Source: Candidatus Obscuribacteraceae bacterium
Lineage (GTDB): Bacteria > Cyanobacteriota > Vampirovibrionia > Obscuribacterales > Obscuribacteraceae
Direction: 5' to 3'
DNA: 64,000 nt
Assembly (NCBI GenBank): GCA_044229845.1
Contig: JBGASG010000001.1
Span: 832,001 to 896,000 of the forward strand
A model generated the notes under the pieces. That model did not search any database, was not told the origin of the DNA, and was given only the letters and a program-made list of their open reading frames with translations. This document shows positions 8,758 through 17,703 of this stretch, piece after piece; the stretch's first letter is position 1, and each line of letters starts with the position of its first letter. The translations under genes and the position numbers were made by a program.

Positions 8758-9186
8758 GTGAAAAATGACAAGGTGATGAAGCGGGTTTCGGTAATCGTTG
8801 GCGTGATCGTCCTGGTGGCAACCGGAGCCTGTGCCTGGGCGTATTTTAGCCATGGTACCGGTGGAGGTGCCGAATTCGAAGACGGGGCTAACCTACGGCG
8901 GTCGTCGGAAAGCGTGGACAAAGGCATGGTTGTGCGCGCGACCAAAGACATCCCAGAAGGATCGTTGATTGACCCGAGTTATTTGGAAGAATTGTCCATC
9001 GACCAAAGCAAAATTCCAGAATCGGCCATAAGCTCACCGGCGCTGGCCGCTGGTTTGTATGCCTCAGTGCCTATTGCCCAGGGTACAGTTATCCTCCAGG
9101 GGCACTTGAAGCACATATCGCCGCCGCAAGCTAAAACCGAACCTGCCACCAAACCAAAGTCCGGTGCCAAAAAGAAGCACGGCTAG
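8758..9186 (+). CDS. Membrane-anchored SAF-domain protein
   Basis: TM helix, VVRATKDIPEGSLI...PIAQG; AGGAG RBS before GTG 8758. Confidence 0.75.
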   Translation: MKNDKVMKRVSVIVGVIVLVATGACAWAYFSHGTGGGAEFEDGANLRRSSESVDKGMVVRATKDIPEGSLIDPSYLEELSIDQSKIPESAISSPALAAGLYASVPIAQGTVILQGHLKHISPPQAKTEPATKPKSGAKKKHG

Positions 9187-9332
9187 GCGGTAGTATCACA
9201 TCTGGTGCTTAAGCTCTCTCTGACTCCGACGGATTTCAGCGAAGAGCCATACATACATCCGGGGCGTAATGGAGGCATTCCTGCGGCATAATGACCTGGG
9301 AACTGCATATATAAGTATTCGGAGATGTATAT

Positions 9333-10196
9333 ATGGCACCGAGAGCAATCTGGAGCGGCGTTTTAACCTTCGGAATGGTCAGCATTCCAATCAAGCTGTA
9401 CACCGCGACGGAGAACAAAGACATCTCCTTCAACCAGCTGCACAGGGATTGCATGGCGCGTATCAAGCAACAGCGCGTCTGCTCAGCCTGCGAAAAGCAA
9501 CTGGAGTCGGACGATATTGAAAAGGGCTATGAGTACGGCAAAGGTCAATACGTGCTGGTGTCGGACGAAGACCTTGAGAAACTGCCGCTGCCGAACAAGG
9601 GTGCCATTGAGATTTCGACCTTTGTGAAAGCTGAAGAAATCGATCCTGTCTATTACGACAAGAGCTACTACGTAGAACCTGATGAGGCTGCGAAGAAACC
9701 CTTCAAGCTCTTCATGCAGTCGATGCTGAACAAAAACATGACCGCTGTGGCGTCGGTTGCGATCCGCAACAAACAGCGACTCTGCGCGTTGCGCCCATTG
9801 GACGGCACTTTGATGATGAGCACTTTGCTCTACCCGGATGAAATTCGCGTTGAGAAGGGCAAGGCACTCCCGAGCGTTGAGGTGTCCGATAAAGAGCTGG
9901 GCATGGCTGATTCGCTGATCGACATGATGACCGAGCCATTCGATGCCACCGCTTACAAAGATCATTATCGCGAGGCGTTGCTCTCCATTATCGAAGCAAA
10001 ACTGGACGGCAAAGAAGTGGTGGCAGCTCCTGCAGCACCGACCGGCAAGGTGGTCGATTTGATGGAAGCGCTGCAAGCATCTATGGAATCGCTCAAGAAC
10101 AAGAAGAAGACAGACGCCGAGCAACCCAAAGAACCGGTGGCCGCCGCGACGGCGACTGCTGCTTCCAAACGCAGCAAGAAAGCAGCCACAGGCTAG
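9333..10196 (+). CDS. ku: Non-homologous end-joining protein Ku
   Basis: RAIWSGVLTFGMVSIPIKLY, KGYE and VVDLMEAL motifs; basic C-terminal tail. Confidence 0.96.
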   Translation: MAPRAIWSGVLTFGMVSIPIKLYTATENKDISFNQLHRDCMARIKQQRVCSACEKQLESDDIEKGYEYGKGQYVLVSDEDLEKLPLPNKGAIEISTFVKAEEIDPVYYDKSYYVEPDEAAKKPFKLFMQSMLNKNMTAVASVAIRNKQRLCALRPLDGTLMMSTLLYPDEIRVEKGKALPSVEVSDKELGMADSLIDMMTEPFDATAYKDHYREALLSIIEAKLDGKEVVAAPAAPTGKVVDLMEALQASMESLKNKKKTDAEQPKEPVAAATATAASKRSKKAATG

Positions 10197-10222
10197 AGTT
10201 TCCTGGCTACAATCAATAGATT

Positions 10223-12427
10223 ATGAGCCGCTTGCAAATTGCTGAGCTTGAGAGCGCGCGTAAAGCGCTGTTTCCGTCCGCGATTACGCCGATGCTGGCC
10301 AGCCCGACGGAAAAGCCGTTCGCTTCCGACACCTGGATATTCGAGCCCAAGCTGGACGGTATTCGCTGTCTGGCGGCCGTACAAAACGGCAAGGTGACTT
10401 TGCTGTCACGGCGCGGGCTCAACATGACTCATCAGTATCCGGCGCTGGTGGCCAGCCTGGAGAAATCCGTCGATGTCGATATCATCTTGGACGGCGAGAT
10501 CATTGCGTTGGACGAAGACTGCCGACCCTCGTTCCAGCTTTTGCAGCAGCGGATAAACTTGACGAAACGGACGGACATCGATCGTGCCGATGCACGCATT
10601 CCCGCATACTTTTTTGTATTTGACGTGCCCTTCGCCGATGGACATTCGCTGGCGGCGGTTCCGCTCATGCAGCGCAAGGAAGTGCTGAAGGCGTTCGTGT
10701 CGCCATCCGATCATGTGCGTGTTCTCGATCACTTTGAGCGTGAAGGTGTAGCAGCTTATACAGCGTGCATCGATAGCGGTTTTGAAGGCATCGTCGCCAA
10801 ACGGCGCGACAGTCGCTATGAGATGGGGCGAAGATCGCCGGCATGGCTCAAATTGAAAGCTCAACAGACAGGCGACTTCATCATCGTCGGCTATGCGGCG
10901 GGACAGGGGTGGCGGAGCACCACATTCGGCTCTCTGCTCCTGGCTTACTACGATGATGGCGGCAAGCTAATCTATGCAGGCAGCGTCGGCACAGGATTCG
11001 ACGACAAGCTGATTCGCGAACTCGTAACCCGCTTCGATCCTCTGATTACCAAGAAAAAGAACTTTGCCAAGCCGCCGGAAGGCAAAGAGGCGATCACGTG
11101 GTTGATACCGGAATTGGTGGCAGAGATAAAGTTCATGGACTGGACTCACGGGCTGCATCTGCGTTCGCCCGTGTTTTTGCGTTTGCGTGATGACAAGGCG
11201 GCGACCGACATAACGTATCAGGCTACGTTCGGATCGGTGAAGGTTATGGAAGTCGCCGAAGCATCTACTCCAACGTACGTCGCTGTCAGTGCCGGCACGG
11301 CAGGGACGGCAGCTGACGCGGAAGTGCCCCGGGTGGCGGAATTGCAATTGGAACGCCGCGGGGATGACCGAATCTCTTCGATCATCGAGCAGCTAGGAAA
11401 TAAGAAAGAAACTTTCAGTCTGTTCGTCGGCACCGAAACCATTTCATTGACGACCCTCAAAAAGGAATTCTGGCCGGCTGGCGAGGCATCACCGGTGGTG
11501 ACGAAGCGTGACTACCTGATCTACCTGGCGACCATCTCGCCATACCTGCTGCCCCATCTGGCGGGGCGACCATTGACCGTGGTGCGAGCCCCGAACGGGG
11601 TATTGAAGAAACCGTTTTTTCAGAAACACTGGTTCGACCTGCCGGAGTTTTTCGAGACCACCGGAAAAGTCGATGTGGACGGCGAAGACCAGGAGTTTCT
11701 CCTGTGCAATAACCTGGCCACTCTGTTGTACCTGGGTCAGCACAGTGCGCTGGAGTTGCATACGATGGGTGCGCGTGTGCATGGATTCCAGCCTGGCGAG
11801 GGACCGGCTGGCGAAGCTACTTCCAGGACGGAACCCGGCGAGATAACTAATGAACTGCTCGAGTATCCGGATTTTCTGGTGCTCGATCTCGATGTGCATG
11901 AAGAAGGGCATAAATCCAAGCCTGCGACCACCGCGCGTGAGGCGGAGTTTGGCTGGGTTTGCGAGGTTGCCCAGGCGCTCAGAGAACCGCTGCGAGCAAT
12001 AGGCGCCGATCCCTTCGTAAAAGTCTCGGGCAAGGGCGGCTTGCACCTCTATGTTCCGATTCAGAGAAACCTGGATTACGACCACGCGCGGGTGATCAGT
12101 GAGACGCTCGGGCAGCATGCGACGAAACTGAAACCGCACCTGGCAACCACCGCGTTCAAAGTGGAGGCGCGAGTCGGAAAGGTATATGTCGATACCAGTT
12201 CGAATATACATCGGAAGACAATGATTGCTCCTTACTCGCCGAGGCTCACTGCTCTGGGCACCGTCTCGATGCCGGTTAAATGGAATGAACTTGATGCCGG
12301 CAAGTGGATTCCCTGCCGTATGTCCGACGCTGTGCAGCGTCTGAAAACGCAAGGGGATCTCTGGGAGAATATTCTCAAGTCGCGGGTCGACATGCACCGC
12401 AGTATATCCGGCGCAAATAAATCGTAG
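10223..12427 (+). CDS. ligD: DNA ligase D (ATP-dependent ligase plus AEP polymerase domain, no phosphoesterase domain)
   Basis: EPKLDGIR, LDGEI, EGIVAK and WLKLK ligase motifs; VLDLD, SGKGGLH and APYSPR polymerase motifs. Confidence 0.94.
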   Translation: MSRLQIAELESARKALFPSAITPMLASPTEKPFASDTWIFEPKLDGIRCLAAVQNGKVTLLSRRGLNMTHQYPALVASLEKSVDVDIILDGEIIALDEDCRPSFQLLQQRINLTKRTDIDRADARIPAYFFVFDVPFADGHSLAAVPLMQRKEVLKAFVSPSDHVRVLDHFEREGVAAYTACIDSGFEGIVAKRRDSRYEMGRRSPAWLKLKAQQTGDFIIVGYAAGQGWRSTTFGSLLLAYYDDGGKLIYAGSVGTGFDDKLIRELVTRFDPLITKKKNFAKPPEGKEAITWLIPELVAEIKFMDWTHGLHLRSPVFLRLRDDKAATDITYQATFGSVKVMEVAEASTPTYVAVSAGTAGTAADAEVPRVAELQLERRGDDRISSIIEQLGNKKETFSLFVGTETISLTTLKKEFWPAGEASPVVTKRDYLIYLATISPYLLPHLAGRPLTVVRAPNGVLKKPFFQKHWFDLPEFFETTGKVDVDGEDQEFLLCNNLATLLYLGQHSALELHTMGARVHGFQPGEGPAGEATSRTEPGEITNELLEYPDFLVLDLDVHEEGHKSKPATTAREAEFGWVCEVAQALREPLRAIGADPFVKVSGKGGLHLYVPIQRNLDYDHARVISETLGQHATKLKPHLATTAFKVEARVGKVYVDTSSNIHRKTMIAPYSPRLTALGTVSMPVKWNELDAGKWIPCRMSDAVQRLKTQGDLWENILKSRVDMHRSISGANKS

Positions 12428-12496
12428 ACGCCGAGCGCATAGCATCATCATGCGCAATGCCTAACATGCATAACGAATGGCTTCGCAAGCCGCTCG

Positions 12497-12525
12497 TTGA
12501 CCGGTTTGTATGCACGATCTACTAT
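12497..12525 (+). promoter_or_regulatory. Sigma70-type promoter of the retron
   Basis: TTGACC (12497-12502), 17-nt spacer, TACTAT (12520-12525); lies 12 nt before the ncRNA repeat. Confidence 0.75.
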
Positions 12526-12537
12526 GACCGGCATCGT

Positions 12538-12694
12538 AGAAGAGTACGTTCTGGATCCGCAATTAGCGGGTGATGGTTGATGTTTCGTCAACCGAGGTGT
12601 GGATAACACCGCCAGACGGAGAAATCGCGCTTTCGCGCCATTCTCCTTGCACCAGGTACTCAAGCAACGTTCTTCAGGCAGAACGTACTCTTCT
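12538..12694 (+). ncRNA. Retron msr-msd ncRNA
   Basis: Perfect 16-bp IR AGAAGAGTACGTTCTG (12538-12553) / CAGAACGTACTCTTCT (12679-12694). Unpaired G12554 follows the 5' arm. Three short hairpins and a longer GGAGAA...TTCTCC hairpin; directly upstream of the RT. Confidence 0.85.
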
Positions 12695-12730
12695 CAAATT
12701 TCCTCCAAACTTCCGTAGGCGGTCGTAACT

Positions 12731-13621
12731 GTGCAAGCGAAAAGCGGCGTTCATGCATTGCAGATGGATCTGGCGTGCATCTCTGTTCATACCGGCGTCT
12801 CACTGATTGAGCTCTACCAGTTTGTCCGGCAGGGCGACCGTCATTACCGGACGTTTCGCATCCCGAAAAAGTCGGGCGGCTTTCGCAAGATACAGGCTCC
12901 CAGTGTTTCCTTGAAAATCGTGCAGCGCTGGATCGGTGCAACCTTGCTGGGCAGCCTGCCGCTTGCCGATGCCTGCACCGGCTATCGCAAAGGTCAATCA
13001 ATCGTCTCAAATGCCGCTCCCCATGCGGGTTCCGACTTTGTGTTCAATGTAGACATCGAACGTTTCTTCCCATCTATTACTGCGCCGCGTGTCAAAGAGC
13101 TCTTCGAGTCGCTCGGGTACAACAGCAAAACGGCCGGGCAACTGACTGCCTTAACTACCGTCAATGGCGTTTTGCCTCAAGGCGCGCCTTCGTCGCCGCA
13201 GATCGCCAATTTGATCTGTGCCCGTCTCGATGAGCGTTTAGAAGAATTTGCCGCGCGCCATGGTTTTGCATTCACTCGCTACTGTGATGACATCACCATT
13301 TCCGGTAAAGGTAGTTTCCGCCGCCGGCAGCGCACCGTATTCGATATCATCGAATCAGAAGGTTTTGCCGTCAATCACAGCAAGGTTCGCCTCGCCTATC
13401 GCGGGCAGCGGCAGGAGGTAACCGGACTGGTAGTCAATTCGTTCGTCAATTTGCCGCGTGAGCGCCGCCGCTTGATACGGGCGATGGTGCACCGTTTCGG
13501 AGCCGGCGAATGTGAGCGGTGGGACGATATGATGCTTTCGACGCAAATGCATGGGCAACTCAGTTATCTGAAGATGGTGCGTCCGGCTGACCGCCTTCTG
13601 AATACAGCCAACGGTCAGTGA
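12731..13621 (+). CDS. Retron-type reverse transcriptase
   Basis: IPKKSGGFRKIQAP, region X NAAPH, DIERFFPSI, LPQGAPSSP, catalytic YCDD and region Y VTG. Alternative start is ATG 12764. Confidence 0.93.
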   Translation: MQAKSGVHALQMDLACISVHTGVSLIELYQFVRQGDRHYRTFRIPKKSGGFRKIQAPSVSLKIVQRWIGATLLGSLPLADACTGYRKGQSIVSNAAPHAGSDFVFNVDIERFFPSITAPRVKELFESLGYNSKTAGQLTALTTVNGVLPQGAPSSPQIANLICARLDERLEEFAARHGFAFTRYCDDITISGKGSFRRRQRTVFDIIESEGFAVNHSKVRLAYRGQRQEVTGLVVNSFVNLPRERRRLIRAMVHRFGAGECERWDDMMLSTQMHGQLSYLKMVRPADRLLNTANGQ

Positions 13622-14082
13622 ACAGCCGCCTTTCTAAATTCATCAACAACTGGACGTTCACTCGCTCTTTGAGTTTGGATTTGCTGCGTTCACTGGGAGA
13701 TGACCAGCTCGACTGGAGTCCTGGACCAGGCGTAGGCACCTTTGCCAAGCAGTTTCGCCATATCGGACGCGTGCAGGAAAATTACATGGCTGCACTTGAT
13801 ACGGGCGTCATTCAATTTTCGACAGCCAACACCAGCTATGGTGGCGGCAGCGATATCGATGCACTGTGCAATTATCTGGCGCAGCTGGATAATCGTCTGC
13901 GTGCCAGGCTCGAAACCATAGACGACGGCATGACGATCGATTGGTTTGGTGAGCAGGTTTCGCTGTGGGAGCATCTCGCCCGCATGGACAGCCACGAGAC
14001 TTTGCACCACGGGCAGTGGATTGTGTACTGTCAGTTGCTGGGTAAACCCTTTCCACCCAGCTGGTCTGTCTGGGGGCTCTGA
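13618..14082 (+). CDS. DinB/YfiT-superfamily protein (candidate retron partner)
   Basis: LDWSP...QFRHI and HETLHHGQ give a His-triad pattern; GTGA start/stop overlap with the RT. Confidence 0.82.
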   Translation: MNSRLSKFINNWTFTRSLSLDLLRSLGDDQLDWSPGPGVGTFAKQFRHIGRVQENYMAALDTGVIQFSTANTSYGGGSDIDALCNYLAQLDNRLRARLETIDDGMTIDWFGEQVSLWEHLARMDSHETLHHGQWIVYCQLLGKPFPPSWSVWGL

Positions 14083-14098
14083 TCAGAAAGCCGGCGAG

Positions 14099-14851
14099 TC
14101 AATCGACCCGCGAGTCATCGATCTTGTCGAAGAAACCATCCAGCTGCCAGATCAAGAGTGACTCCGCATCGGCGGGTCTGGCGATTACCTGCGGCACCAA
14201 TGCATGTCCGGTGGTGACGCGGGGCGGCTGATTGCCGCCCGACAATGATTGCGGCTTCTCCAGCGGGTCCATGCGCCAGAATTCATAGACCACCTCGCCA
14301 AAGATTTTGCCGCCTTTGGCAAATGTTTTGACCGTGATCTGCAATTCAGCCGAATCCGCCCCGACTGCTGCCTGGGGGAGCAGATCGATGTCGTGCACCT
14401 CGAACAGTTTGTTGATGCGAATGCGCACGCCGGGCTGGTTAGGTTCCCACAGCGATCCTGGAGCTGCCTTCAGCATCAGGTGCACTTTCTTGATTCCGTA
14501 ATATGGATCAGTCAACGTATAGTCTGGATCGGAGCGCAGTTTCTTCAGGTTGGTCTGCGCTTCGTCGATGTATACCTGGTTTTTCGCTTCGCGTGCCGCC
14601 TTCAGGAAGTGGCGGGCGGCATCGATGCGCGTGATCTTCAGTTTTTCGTCGAGAGCCAGCCCCTTGTGGTAAAGGTCGGCAGCCTGCGCCCACATGTGGC
14701 GCTGAAACTGATCCTCCGCCTTTGTGAACGTGTCCCATGATTCGTCGATGCCGGCCGACGGGGAACTTGCCGCAGACGGGCGTGCGCAGATAGACAGCAG
14801 ACAGAGAAGCGCTGTCATTGTTATTGCCGGCAATCGGTGCCACGGGGTCAT
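14099..14851 (-). CDS. Exported hypothetical protein
   Basis: Signal-peptide-like N-terminus and a helical TPR-like segment. Confidence 0.65.
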   Translation of the reverse strand: MTPWHRLPAITMTALLCLLSICARPSAASSPSAGIDESWDTFTKAEDQFQRHMWAQAADLYHKGLALDEKLKITRIDAARHFLKAAREAKNQVYIDEAQTNLKKLRSDPDYTLTDPYYGIKKVHLMLKAAPGSLWEPNQPGVRIRINKLFEVHDIDLLPQAAVGADSAELQITVKTFAKGGKIFGEVVYEFWRMDPLEKPQSLSGGNQPPRVTTGHALVPQVIARPADAESLLIWQLDGFFDKIDDSRVD

Positions 14852-14999
14852 AGGTGATGTTTCTCCAAGAGTTCAATACCCGCTGGGCGCTTAAAACGAG
14901 CTTGCGCTAACTGTTGCAATCGCGGGTCTTCGTGCTTTCCCGATTGCCCGCCTGTCTGGTCTGTCTAATAATGTCAACCAGGCTGGAAAGCGAGACGAC

Positions 15000-16004
15000 A
15001 TGTCCGATTTCATGGACCGCTATTTGTCTTTGGAAGCCAAAGACCTGAAACCTAACGCCCCCGTCCTCGCTGACTGGAACGCACCAGTCGAGCGAACTCA
15101 GGGACGCGACCGCACTGCCCGACCGATCAACGACGCGCTGGGGCAGGCGCACAACGTGTCTTATTACGATCAGGCGCTGGACGCTAAGTTGGGGCAGTGC
15201 ACCCAGCCGACCCTGCGCATTCTCGACTTGCCGAAAGACGTCGGTGTTGGTTTCTGGAAGGACGAGAAGGGCTACTACTTCTTCTTCAAGAATGGACAGG
15301 ACAAGAACAAACCGCACTACATTCCGCCCGTGGTCAACAAAATCGAGGTGATACAGAACGGGAAGTCGTTCACTCAAGACCTCGCGCAAGTCAAGCCGGG
15401 CGTCGATCAAGCAGTGGCAGCCGCCGCCAGACCGACCGCGCCCCCGACTCCCGATGCCGGCAGAACCGGCGTTCCCGGTAAAGCCCCTGATGTTGTTGCC
15501 GGCGGACGCCCACCAGCAGGTCGAGGACTGGGCGGCGGCGTGCCCGATGCCGGAGCTGGGCCTCAGGCAGGCGGCACTTCCAAACTCGATGAGTACAACG
15601 GCAAGGGCTGGCACCAGCCTGGAAAAGTTAAGGACACCGGCGACGTCGGCACCGCGACTGCCATGGGCTTCAACCGCTGGGCGCAGCGTGGTGCCTCGGT
15701 AGGCTCTGAGTATTACTTCGGCAAGATGGCGCTGGCGAAGTCGGTCGGCATGGGCACCACAGACGCCGCCGCTCTGCTGGCAAAACGCAACGGTATCGTC
15801 GGCACATTTGCCGCCGGTGAAGTCGGCAAATATGCAATGGACAGCGTGTTCTTCCCGAACGCCAATCCTTCGCTGCGCACTTATCTGATTGACGGCGCCG
15901 CACCAGCTGTGGTGCTGACCGCCCTGCCCTGGTACGGCAAAGTGGGGGTTGTTTTGGGCGCACACCTGACGGCTCGCCTCTGGGACAAGAGCGAAGGCAG
16001 ATAG
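15000..16004 (+). CDS. Hypothetical protein with Gly/Pro linker and hydrophobic C-terminal helices
   Basis: 334-aa ORF with strong GC3 bias; no family recognised. Confidence 0.7.
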   Translation: MSDFMDRYLSLEAKDLKPNAPVLADWNAPVERTQGRDRTARPINDALGQAHNVSYYDQALDAKLGQCTQPTLRILDLPKDVGVGFWKDEKGYYFFFKNGQDKNKPHYIPPVVNKIEVIQNGKSFTQDLAQVKPGVDQAVAAAARPTAPPTPDAGRTGVPGKAPDVVAGGRPPAGRGLGGGVPDAGAGPQAGGTSKLDEYNGKGWHQPGKVKDTGDVGTATAMGFNRWAQRGASVGSEYYFGKMALAKSVGMGTTDAAALLAKRNGIVGTFAAGEVGKYAMDSVFFPNANPSLRTYLIDGAAPAVVLTALPWYGKVGVVLGAHLTARLWDKSEGR

Positions 16005-16066
16005 CGTCAGCGGTGCATCGCCGAACGCAGCATGATCATCAGACCTTGCTTGGCGATTGACTTGCC

Positions 16067-17062
16067 CTAGCGTTTGACTTGCTGCTGCACCGGATGCGCG
16101 CGCGGGTCGTTGCCTATAAAAGCCTCACGTTTCTTATTGGCGCCCTCCGGTATTTGACCGTCGGCCGTGCGAATGTCTTCGTGCTTGTCGTAAAACGGCT
16201 TTCCGTAATCAGAGAATTTGGCGACGTCGAAGTCGTCGTAGGCTATAAACGGCCGCAGCGCCATGCGTTCGTGCATGATCACGTCGGTTGTCTTCACTGC
16301 TCGGGGCGGCGCCTTTTTGGCGCTGGGATCTATCGCATGCGGATCGTAGAACACATCTGTGTTGTAGAGGCGGTGCGCAATTTCGTACTGAATGTCAAAG
16401 CCCTGCATGCGGCTGCGGTTGCGTTCGGCTTTGGTGTGCTGGTTGAGGTGAGCCAACTGCAATTCGCGAAACTTGGCGTCTTTCTCCGCCCTCGACAGAT
16501 TTGGGTCGATCCAGACCTCATTGAGTTGTTCGGCCAGCCCGAATTCGTTAACCAGGTCCTGCGCGTGCCAGTATCCGGGCAAGCACGTCAACACTGTGCC
16601 GTCGGCAGCCAGGATGAAGACTTGAATGTTATGCGGTCCGGCACCGTTGGTGGTGTCAATGGCGTTGCCATCCACCTGATGTTTTCCTGACGCGCCTGCG
16701 TAGCGCTTGCCGGCGATGTTGCGGTAGCCGCAGATAAACTTGTTTTTGAGACTGCTGAAGGCTGGTTCTGAGGAGAGCGACACGGCTCTCAGGCTATTGC
16801 CGGCACTTCAGGTGGCGCCGTCTATCTTGCCGACCATGTGAACCCAGAGAATCAACTTGTTTTGCTCGGCGGCCGACTTTTCAGCCTTCTTGAGATTGGT
16901 GTACCAGTCGATTTCGGTGGTCAGCTTGTGGACATTAGCCTCACAGACTTCGCCCTGCAATAGCTCTTTGGCTGCAAAGGCGGGTGAGTCCGGCGCCAAT
17001 ATGGCGGTAGCCATAACTAGGAAAAGTGCAGCAAATATGGAGAGAGGTGATTTTCTAGGCAT
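16067..17062 (-). CDS. Putative exported thioredoxin-fold selenoprotein (SelN-like), 331 aa with in-frame TGA at 16810-16808
   Basis: The 84-aa and 238-aa ORFs share one frame joined by ...GKIDGAT-TGA-SAGNSLRAVSLSS...; signal peptide; hairpin 18 nt after the TGA. Confidence 0.72.
16773..16790 (-). promoter_or_regulatory. Candidate bacterial SECIS hairpin
   Basis: GAGAGC-CGUGUC-GCUCUC at +18 to +35 from the UGA, with G at loop position 2. Confidence 0.5.
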
Positions 17063-17205
17063 TGCGCCATTAAACCAGAGAAGTGTGAGGGAGGCGTAGG
17101 GATGTCAACTGCAGTTTATATTAAGGGTTGGCGTCTCTCTACGCAAGCCCATCCGGAAACGCCTGGTTTTGGCATATCCTGTGTACTCGGCTTTTGAGAA
17201 GAGAT

Positions 17206-17703
17206 ATGCGGCAAGCAAAGAGAACTGTTTTTGGTGGGATTGTATTAGCCATGATTTTATCGATGAGTTCGGCGCCCGACGTTGCGGTCGGCAAAGACCA
17301 GCCCTCTAAGAATCCCGGCGCACATGACGGCGTCGTCGCGTTGCTCGCAATGCAGAGCGACGCCTGGAATCAGGGAGACCTGCAGAAGTTTCTCACTGGC
17401 TATCTTGACTCGGATGAAATCAGTTTTGTCTCCGCAGGCACCGAACTGCGCGGCAACAAAGCATTGCGCGAGCGCTACGAAAAACGATACGGCAAGAGCC
17501 GTGACACGATGGGCAAGTTGAGTTTCTCTGGTCTGGAGGTCGCTGACCTGGGACGAAACAACGCCATGTGCATCGGACACTTCCTGGTCGAACGCGACAA
17601 GCAGCCGCCTCTGACCGGCATGTTCACGCTGGTCTTGACGCGCACCAAATCAGGCTGGCGCATCATCCACGACCACACATCGGTGCCGGAAGCCAAAAGC
17701 TGA
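17206..17703 (+). CDS. Exported NTF2-like (DUF4440/SnoaL) protein
   Basis: AWNQGDL...FTLVL...GWRIIHDHTS motifs; signal peptide. Confidence 0.85.
   Translation: MRQAKRTVFGGIVLAMILSMSSAPDVAVGKDQPSKNPGAHDGVVALLAMQSDAWNQGDLQKFLTGYLDSDEISFVSAGTELRGNKALRERYEKRYGKSRDTMGKLSFSGLEVADLGRNNAMCIGHFLVERDKQPPLTGMFTLVLTRTKSGWRIIHDHTSVPEAKS

Noticed and set aside
12731..13621. RT as group II intron, DGR or CRISPR-associated
   Set aside because: No maturase or endonuclease domain, no TR/VR pair and no cas genes; NAxxH, VTG and the upstream IR fit a retron.
13618..14082. DNA polymerase IV (dinB)
   Set aside because: Name clash only: this is a 154-aa His-triad helical protein with no Y-family polymerase motifs.
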